Program-made: the position numbers and the translations under genes | Notes under the pieces: model-generated | Seen by the model: only the letters and a program-made list of their open reading frames with translations | The model's database searches: none | What the model was told of the DNA's origin: nothing | Source of the DNA: Armatimonadota bacterium | GTDB taxonomy: Bacteria > Sysuimicrobiota > Sysuimicrobiia > Sysuimicrobiales > VGFF01 | NCBI GenBank assembly: GCA_016868955.1 | Contig: VGFF01000001.1 | Location: 1-41,081, forward strand | DNA length: 41,081 nt | Direction of reading: 5' to 3' | Shown: positions 29,957 to 36,665 of the stretch, in pieces | Layout of the letters: the number at the start of each line of letters is the position of its first letter | Position numbering within the stretch: position 1 is the stretch's first letter

Positions 29957-31033
29957 ATGCCCCTGTCCGTCGGAATCGTCGGCCTCCCCAATGCCGGGAA
30001 ATCGACGCTGTTCCGTGCCCTGACGCGCGCATCCGTCGCGATCGCGCCGTATCCGTTCACGACGGTGGATCCGAACGTCGGCGTGCTCGCCGTCTCGGAC
30101 GATCGCTTGCCGGCGATCGCAGCCGTCGTCGACGTGACGCGGCAGGTGCCGGCGACCGTTCGGGTCGCGGACATCGCGGGACTGGTTCGCAACGCGCACC
30201 GCGGCGAGGGCCTGGGCGCGCAGTTCCTCGGGCACATTCGGGACGTGTCGGCGATCGTGCATGTCGTCCGTGCCTTCGAGGACGTCGACGTCGTGCACGT
30301 GGAGGGCGCGCCCGATCCGGCGCGAGACGTCGAGATCGTCGAGACCGAGCTCGCTTTGGCCGATCTCGAAGCCATCGAGCGCCGGCGTGAGAAGATCCAA
30401 CCGCAGGCGCGGGTGGGCGACGCCGCCGCCCGTGACGAGCTCGCTTCGCTGACGGCGCTGGCCGCGCACGTCGGCGCCGGTCGCCCCGTGCGTGCGGCCG
30501 CGGCGCACCTTCGCGCCTCCGCCCGCCCGCTGCGTTTGTTGACCGACAAGCCCGTGCTCTACGTCGTCAATGAAGATGAGAACGCGGCTAACGAAGGGGA
30601 ACGGCGACTGCGCGAGCGCGTCGGGCCGAGTGCAACGGTATTGTCGGTGAGCCTACGCATCGAAGCCGAGCTCCTCGATCTCGCCCCGGCCGATGCGGCC
30701 GCCTATCGGGCGGCGGCGGCGCTCGAAGTGGAAATCCTCGCGAAGATCGCCCACGCGGCGTACAAACTCCTCGACCAAATCACGTTCTTCACGACGGAGA
30801 GCCGGGAGTGTCGTGCTTGGCCAATCGCTCGTGGGACGGCCGCCGTCGATGCCGCCGGCGATATCCACAGCGACATGCGGGACCACTTCGTGCGCGCCGA
30901 AGTCGTGTCGACCAGAGACCTGCTGTCCACGGGTTCTTGGGCGGCAGCGCGCGACAGAGGTCGGGTCCGGCTGGAAGGTCGAGCGTACGAGGTGCGCGAC
31001 GGCGACGTCATCACCTTTCGGTTCGGGTCCTGA
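29957..31033 (+). CDS. ychF: Redox-regulated ATPase YchF (Obg-like)
   Basis: The protein has the GIVGLPNAGKSTLF P-loop, YPFTT, and a C-terminal TGS-like domain ending DGDVITFRF. Confidence 0.95.
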   Translation: MPLSVGIVGLPNAGKSTLFRALTRASVAIAPYPFTTVDPNVGVLAVSDDRLPAIAAVVDVTRQVPATVRVADIAGLVRNAHRGEGLGAQFLGHIRDVSAIVHVVRAFEDVDVVHVEGAPDPARDVEIVETELALADLEAIERRREKIQPQARVGDAAARDELASLTALAAHVGAGRPVRAAAAHLRASARPLRLLTDKPVLYVVNEDENAANEGERRLRERVGPSATVLSVSLRIEAELLDLAPADAAAYRAAAALEVEILAKIAHAAYKLLDQITFFTTESRECRAWPIARGTAAVDAAGDIHSDMRDHFVRAEVVSTRDLLSTGSWAAARDRGRVRLEGRAYEVRDGDVITFRFGS

Positions 31034-31169
31034 CCCGACCGGTTCCCGCGCCCCATTTTCTGGCACCCAGATTTCTCATCGGTTTGTCGAATTCGAGTTG
31101 TGGGGATGAGGTAGCTAAGTCGCGCATCGAAAACTGGCAGCAGCCAAATGTGAACATGGTGGAAATGTC

Positions 31170-31466
31170 ATGCCTTCGGCAGCGGGGTCCTTTCATAGTG
31201 TGTTTATCCCCTCCATCGACACCTTGAACGGACGGATCGAGGAGTTGAACTAGCAACGGCGTCGGATCTGGCAGAACAGCACGCCGCAAAACGGCTTCGG
31301 CGACACCGGGCGGAACGCGCTCGCGTCCATCGAAAAAGAATTGGAAGAGCTGTATACGATGAAGCGTGAGATGATCGCCAAAGCGGCGGCGCCGGCTCGC
31401 CCCGAGGCTCGGACGGCCCGACGGTCCGGACCGGGCGTCCCGCCTGGATTTTTTCGAGACGCCTAA
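31170..31466 (+). pseudogene. Small coiled-coil-like ORF interrupted by an in-frame TAG (31251-31253)
   Basis: The sequence reads ATG 31170 ...SIDTLNGRIEELN[TAG]QRRRIWQNSTPQNGFGDTGRNALASIEKELEELYTMKREMIAKAAAP... TAA 31464-31466. GC3 is coding-like on both sides of the TAG, and there is no usable start after it. Confidence 0.35.
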
Positions 31467-31596
31467 CCGCCCGATCGAAACTCCGCCACCTTCTCCCTCA
31501 AGCTTTTCGCCGGCCCGCCCAAAACACGTCGTCTCCTCGTTTTTTTCAATGCAATTCACACTGGCATTCGGGAGAATCGTCGAGGTTGCCACTCTC

Positions 31597-31701
31597 TGGT
31601 AGAATCGAGCGGATGTAGGAGCAAAACCAAATATTCTGCTCCTTCCTGTCTCGCCTTGATGCGAGACCTGGGTATTACCCCTGTCCGGAGGAGGGAGAAC
31701 G
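31597..31701 (+). promoter_or_regulatory. rpsF promoter and structured 5' leader
   Basis: An extended -10 TGGTAGAAT lies at 31597-31605. Hairpin 1 is GGAGCA...TGCTCC (31618-31642). Hairpin 2 is GTCTCGC-CTTGAT-GCGAGAC (31648-31667). The RBS GGAGGAGGG precedes TTG 31702. Confidence 0.4.
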
Positions 31702-32082
31702 TTGAAGAAGGCGTACGAAATCGTCTTCATCCTGCACCCCGATCTCGAGGAAGCGCAGGTGCAGGCGTCCATCGATCGAATCAGCACGCGCATCACGGAA
31801 CGCGGAGGCACTGTTACGTCCGTCGAGCCGTGGGGTAAGCGCAAGCTGGCCTACTCGATCCAGAAACTCCGCGAAGGTACCTACGTCCTAATCCGCTTCG
31901 AGCTCGAGTCGCTCAAGGTTCAGGATTTGCGGAACTCGGTCGCTTTGGTCGAGGAAGTCATTCGCTTCGCCATCACTTTGGCGGTGCCCGTGCGACCTCG
32001 CCCGAAAGCACCGGAGACGCCTAGCGAGCCTGTAGAGACGGTGGCCGCCGCGGTTCCCGCGGAAGCCACCGGAGGTGGGTAG
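31702..32082 (+). CDS. rpsF: 30S ribosomal protein S6
   Basis: The sequence KKAYEIVFILHPDLEE...WGKRKLAYSIQKLREGTYVLIRFE is characteristic of S6. Confidence 0.95.
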   Translation: MKKAYEIVFILHPDLEEAQVQASIDRISTRITERGGTVTSVEPWGKRKLAYSIQKLREGTYVLIRFELESLKVQDLRNSVALVEEVIRFAITLAVPVRPRPKAPETPSEPVETVAAAVPAEATGGG

Positions 32083-32085
32083 CTC

Positions 32086-32493
32086 ATGTTGAATCGTGTC
32101 GTCCTCATCGGGCGGCTCACGAGAGATCCGGAGTTGCGGTACGTGCCGAGCGGTCATCCCGTCGCGACGTTCACCGTCGCGGTCGACCGACCGTTCGCCA
32201 ATCAACAGGGCGAACGCGGTACGGACTTCATTCCGATCGTGGCTTGGAGAAAGCTGGCGGAACAGGCGTCGCAATACCTTTCCAAGGGACGGCTGGTCGC
32301 GGTCGAAGGCCGGTTGCAAATTCGCGACTACGAAACGCAGGACGGCCAAAAGCGCCGCGCCGCCGAAGTGGTCGCTGACGCGATCCGGTTCCTCGACAAG
32401 GGCAAGGGATCCGGCGCAGCAGGTGCGCAGGCGATGCCCGATGACGTTGGGCCGATGCCGACGCCCGAAGACGACGAGGACGTTCCGTTCTAA
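32086..32493 (+). CDS. ssb: Single-stranded DNA-binding protein
   Basis: The OB fold begins MLNRVVLIGRLTRDPELRY, and the acidic tail ends DDEDVPF. Confidence 0.95.
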   Translation: MLNRVVLIGRLTRDPELRYVPSGHPVATFTVAVDRPFANQQGERGTDFIPIVAWRKLAEQASQYLSKGRLVAVEGRLQIRDYETQDGQKRRAAEVVADAIRFLDKGKGSGAAGAQAMPDDVGPMPTPEDDEDVPF

Positions 32494-32497
32494 CGAG

Positions 32498-32533
32498 GTC
32501 GTTGGCGGGAATCGATCGATTCCCGCCAACGAC
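32498..32533. repeat. Perfect 36-nt palindrome between ssb and rpsR
   Basis: The sequence GTCGTTGGCGGGAATCGA|TCGATTCCCGCCAACGAC has 18-nt perfectly complementary arms. It starts 5 nt after the ssb stop and has no T-tract. Confidence 0.7.
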
Positions 32534-32571
32534 GAATTCATGTTCTCGATGACGACACGGAGGAGATTCGT

Positions 32572-32829
32572 ATGGCAGAACGTGAGAGGCGGGAACGGAA
32601 GCGCGACTACCGGGGACGGCGTCCGCGTCGTAAGATCGCCGCGATTCGGGCGGCTGACGCCAAGTACGTCGACTACAAGGACGTCATGACGCTGCGACGC
32701 TACATGTCCGACCGCGGCAAGATCTTGCCGCGCCGCGTCACGGGCAACAGCGCGAAGGTGCAGCGGGCGATCGCGCAGGCGATCAAGCGCGCCCGCGAGC
32801 TGGCGCTTCTGCCGTACACGTCGGCGTAG
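32572..32829 (+). CDS. rpsR: 30S ribosomal protein S18
   Basis: The sequence [51 protein letters not shown] is characteristic of S18. Confidence 0.95.
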   Translation: MAERERRERKRDYRGRRPRRKIAAIRAADAKYVDYKDVMTLRRYMSDRGKILPRRVTGNSAKVQRAIAQAIKRARELALLPYTSA

Positions 32830-32867
32830 CGCCGACGCGAGCGAAAACCCGCGAGAACCGATTCAAC

Positions 32868-33869
32868 GTGAAGTCGTCGAAGCGGCCCCTGCCGGAGCGG
32901 ACCCGCGACACGACCGAAGGCGCCCTGCTGGCCGCGCTGACGGCGCTGGTCGGGTTGTTGATTCTGTTCTTCGGTCAACTCGGCCTGGTGGCCGCGCCCC
33001 TTCCGTTGTTCGTTTTGACCTATCGTCGGGGACCCCGGATCGCCGGTCTCAGTGCCGTCGTAGCCGGCCTCGTCTTGTCTCCGCTCATCGGTTTTCCAGG
33101 CGGGCTTCTGTTGGTCGCCGCGTTCGCGCCCATGGGCATCCTCCAAGGTGTCGTCGCGCGGGCGGATCGACCGGGCGGGCCCACGAAGGCGGTCGCTTTT
33201 GGACTGATGGCCGGGATCTGTTCCGTGATGCTCGGGCTCGTCGTCGCTAGAATCGTGACGAATATAGATCCAATCGCCGCTTCCATCGAGGCGCAGGTAA
33301 AGGCGCTCGAATGGTCGGCGGGCATGGCGCGCAGCATGAATCTGCCGGCCAGCCAAATCCAGCAGCTCGAACAGTTGTCCGTCCGCCTCCCGGATCTCGC
33401 GCGGTTGCTGCTTCCGGGAATGCTCCTCCTCAGCACGTTGCTGTGGTCGTACGGCTCGTACACGCTTGCCCGCGCGATCATGGGCCGCCTGGGCGTCACG
33501 TTGCCAGGGTTCTCGCCGATTTTGACTTGGCGCCTTTCCCTGCTGTGGGGGATCTTTTTGATCGCTCCGATGATGCTCGGGATCGCCATACAAGGCGCGG
33601 CACCGCAAATCGCGACCGTGCTCGTCGGAAACGCATTCATCTTGAGTGTCGTAACCTTCGCGTTCTTCGGCGTGTTGACGATGCTGACGTATCTTCACAG
33701 CCGCGGCGTGCCGAAGAGCGGTCGTGTCCTCAGCGTCATCGCCGTATTCGCCTTGGAAGACCCGGGGTTGTTCTTGATGGCCCTTCTCGGTGCCATTGAC
33801 CTCTGGTTCGATCTCCGCAAAGTCGGCCCGCGAGCGGTGTCCTTGAAAGAGAGCGTGGAAGAATCATGA
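32868..33869 (+). CDS. YybS-like (DUF2232) polytopic membrane protein
   Basis: This is a multi-TM protein in the conserved position between rpsR and rplI. There is an ATGA overlap with rplI. Confidence 0.7.
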   Translation: MKSSKRPLPERTRDTTEGALLAALTALVGLLILFFGQLGLVAAPLPLFVLTYRRGPRIAGLSAVVAGLVLSPLIGFPGGLLLVAAFAPMGILQGVVARADRPGGPTKAVAFGLMAGICSVMLGLVVARIVTNIDPIAASIEAQVKALEWSAGMARSMNLPASQIQQLEQLSVRLPDLARLLLPGMLLLSTLLWSYGSYTLARAIMGRLGVTLPGFSPILTWRLSLLWGIFLIAPMMLGIAIQGAAPQIATVLVGNAFILSVVTFAFFGVLTMLTYLHSRGVPKSGRVLSVIAVFALEDPGLFLMALLGAIDLWFDLRKVGPRAVSLKESVEES

Positions 33870-34318
33870 AGTTGATCTTAGCGCAGGACGTCCCCTCGCT
33901 GGGGAAGGTCGGCGACGTCGTCGACGTCAAGGAAGGGTATGCCCGTAATTTCCTATTGCCACGGGGGCTGGCCCGCGAAGCTACGGCGGGGCAAATGAAG
34001 TCGCTGACGCTCGCGCACGAAGCCAAGGAGCGACGCCACAACCGGGAATTGGAAGACGCTCAACGCCTCGTCGCCGCACTTCAAGAGAAGGCAGTCGAGG
34101 TCACGGCCAAAGCGGGCGAAGGCGGCCGTCTGTTCGGGTCGATCACCGCCGCGGATGTCGCGGATGCGCTGTCGCGCCGCGGCTTCGAAATCAGCAAGAA
34201 GCAGATCTCCCTGGAAGATCCAATCAAGACGATCGGTTCATACAAAGTAGACGTAAAGGTCAGCCACGGGCTGCACGCGACGGTGACGTTGCACGTCCAG
34301 CCGGTGGCGTCGAGCTAG
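33866..34318 (+). CDS. rplI: 50S ribosomal protein L9
   Basis: The sequence MKLILAQDVPSLGKVGDVVDVKEGYARNFLLPRGLA is characteristic of L9. Confidence 0.95.
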   Translation: MKLILAQDVPSLGKVGDVVDVKEGYARNFLLPRGLAREATAGQMKSLTLAHEAKERRHNRELEDAQRLVAALQEKAVEVTAKAGEGGRLFGSITAADVADALSRRGFEISKKQISLEDPIKTIGSYKVDVKVSHGLHATVTLHVQPVASS

Positions 34319-34327
34319 AGGAGCGAT

Positions 34328-36328
34328 TTGGCCACGCGCAGGACGAGAGAACGACGGAAGGCGGAAACGCCGCCCACGCGCGCGGAGATGAAGCGCCGCG
34401 TCGGAGCCTTGTTCGGCGTCCTCAGCGACGTTTACGGGTCCGATCGCGTCGTCATGCGCGCCGGCAAGCTGGAGGCGCTCTCGCTGATGCGCTCCGGTCG
34501 GCTCTCCGATCGCGTGCTCGCGCTGCAGCGCTTGGTGTACGAGGATCCGACGATTCAGGAGCCGCCGCGCGACGCCGACATTCCGAGCATCCTCGGCGAG
34601 CTGGAAGAAGAGATTGCCGACCTGATGACGCAGAAGCGCGTCGAGGACGACCTGGAGCGACGCGTCCAAGAGCGCATGAACATGCGCCAAGACGAGTATC
34701 TGCAGGAAATCAAGATGCAGTTGCTGCGTGAGGGTGCCGGGCCGGAGAACACGGCGACCAAGAAGAAGTTGGAGGAGCTCGAAGGTCTCGACCGCGTTCG
34801 CTTGTCGCAGTCGGCTCTGGAGGCGTTACGCCCGCGCAAGCTGAAGGACGTCGTCGGTCAATCGCGCGCGATTCGCGCGATTCTCGCCAAGCTGGCGACG
34901 CCGTACCCGCAGCACGTCATCCTCTATGGCCCGCCGGGAGTCGGGAAGACGACCGTCGCGCGGCTCGCGCTCGAGGAGGCGAAACGCCTGCCGTTTACGC
35001 CGTTCGCGGAAACGGCGCCCTTCATCGAGGTCGACGGATCGACGCTCCGCTGGGACAACCGAGAGGTTACGAATCCCTTGCTCGGATCGGTGCACGATCC
35101 GATCTATCAAGGATCGCGACGCGATTTCGCGGACACCGGTGTGCCGGAGCCGAAGCTCGGCTTGGTGACGCGCGCGCACGGCGGCGTCTTGTTCATCGAT
35201 GAAATCGGCGAGATGGACCCGACGTTGCACAGCAAGCTGCTCAAGGTGCTCGAGGACAAGCGTGTGTTCTTCGAGTCGTCCTACTACGATCCCGAAGATG
35301 CGAACGTGCCGGCGTACATCAAGCGGTTGTTCGAGCAGGGCGCGCCGGCCGACTTCGTGCTCATCGGCGCGACGACGCGCGAACCCGATGAGATCAACCC
35401 GACGTTGCGGTCCCGCTGCACGGAGGTGTTCTTCGACCCGCTGAGCCAGCAGGACATTGAGCGCATCGTGCGGCAATCGGCAAAGCGGCTATCGGTCCCC
35501 CTGGAGCCGAAGATCCCGTCGATGATCGCGGGCTACACGATCGAAGGCCGGCGCGCCGCGAACCTCATCGCGGACGCCTACGGCGTCGCCCTCTATCGGC
35601 GTCGCTCACGAGGCGGAAAGACGCGGATCACGCAGTCGGATCTGCTCGAGGTAATCCGCGCCTCTCGTCTGACGCCGTACGCGCCCGCGCGCGCGAGCGA
35701 GACGCCGGAAACCGGCCGGGTCTTCGGTCTCGGCGTGTATCAGTTCCTCGGCTCGATCATCGAGGTCGAAGCGGCGATCTTCCCGGCGACGGTGAAAGGT
35801 CGCGGCCAGATCCGCTTCAACGAAACGGCCGGTTCGATGGCGAAGGATTCCGTCTTCAACGCGATTTCCGTATTGCGCCGGATCCTCGGCATCGACCTTA
35901 CGTACCAGGACGTTCACGTCAACGTCATCGGCGGCGGGATGATCGACGGGCCGAGCCTCGGACTCGCCATTACCTTGGCGCTGGCCAGCGCGTCGCAAGA
36001 GCGACCGGCTCTCCAGACCGTAGCGGTAACGGGAGAAGTGAGCATTCAAGGTCGCGTGAAGGGCGTGGGTGGGATCGCCGAAAAGATCTATGGCGCCCGT
36101 CAGGCCGGAATGCGAAAGGTTATTCTGCCGTACGAAAATCGAAATGACGTCCCGACGGACGCCCCCGGCATTCAAGTCATCCCCGTACAATCCGTGGAAG
36201 AAGCGATTCCGCACGTGCTCGCGCCTTCGAAAGCACGGACGCCGCGGGGACGCGGCAAAGAAAGTGATCTCGCGACGCCCTTACCTCGCTCGCACGCTAC
36301 GCCGCCGACTCGCCGTAGTCGCTTGTAG
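34328..36328 (+). CDS. Lon-family ATP-dependent protease (LonB/LonC-like): AAA+ module plus Lon S16 protease domain
   Basis: The protein has Walker A GPPGVGKTT and Walker B VLFIDEIGEM. The Lon proteolytic domain has DGPSLG (Ser) and GGIAEKIYGA (Lys). The position between rplI and dnaB matches spore-former-type lon paralogues. Confidence 0.8.
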   Translation: MATRRTRERRKAETPPTRAEMKRRVGALFGVLSDVYGSDRVVMRAGKLEALSLMRSGRLSDRVLALQRLVYEDPTIQEPPRDADIPSILGELEEEIADLMTQKRVEDDLERRVQERMNMRQDEYLQEIKMQLLREGAGPENTATKKKLEELEGLDRVRLSQSALEALRPRKLKDVVGQSRAIRAILAKLATPYPQHVILYGPPGVGKTTVARLALEEAKRLPFTPFAETAPFIEVDGSTLRWDNREVTNPLLGSVHDPIYQGSRRDFADTGVPEPKLGLVTRAHGGVLFIDEIGEMDPTLHSKLLKVLEDKRVFFESSYYDPEDANVPAYIKRLFEQGAPADFVLIGATTREPDEINPTLRSRCTEVFFDPLSQQDIERIVRQSAKRLSVPLEPKIPSMIAGYTIEGRRAANLIADAYGVALYRRRSRGGKTRITQSDLLEVIRASRLTPYAPARASETPETGRVFGLGVYQFLGSIIEVEAAIFPATVKGRGQIRFNETAGSMAKDSVFNAISVLRRILGIDLTYQDVHVNVIGGGMIDGPSLGLAITLALASASQERPALQTVAVTGEVSIQGRVKGVGGIAEKIYGARQAGMRKVILPYENRNDVPTDAPGIQVIPVQSVEEAIPHVLAPSKARTPRGRGKESDLATPLPRSHATPPTRRSRL

Positions 36329-36665
36329 GCGCCACATTGACGCGGCTCCGCCGCGTTTCCCCACAGGTTCATATCGGCCATCGTCGAATTCCGCCGAAAA
36401 TTGAAGGCGCTTCCCTTTGGCGCGCGGTTCGCGAATTTCGACGGCACGAACCGTCACGGAGGCATTCACACGTCGTACACAGGTTATGCTCACCGCATCC
36501 CCGGAACATTCGTGGAAATTAACACCCTCCGAACAAAGAAACCCCCAGCCCCGAAGTCAAATTCATTGTCATTGGAGAGTAATAACGTTTGGCGGCGATG
36601 AATTCGGAGATGGATTTGAAGCGCGAACATATGTTTGCTACCATGGCTAGCGAGAGGTGGCATAG

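Noticed and set aside
31011-31844. A 277-aa minus-strand ORF across the ychF-rpsF spacer
   Set aside because: It overlaps the ychF 3' end, the rpsF leader and the rpsF start. It is low-complexity and Arg/Ser-rich. The plus-strand TAG-interrupted ORF explains the coding-like signal better.
36329-36665. The lower-GC 340-bp spacer upstream of dnaB as a possible ncRNA or small gene
   Set aside because: I found only a weak hairpin after the lon-like gene (ACGCGGC-TCC-GCCGCGT) and a 25-codon ORF overlapping the dnaB start. There was no recognisable RNA-family signature. It most likely holds the dnaB promoter, but I could not place the boxes confidently.
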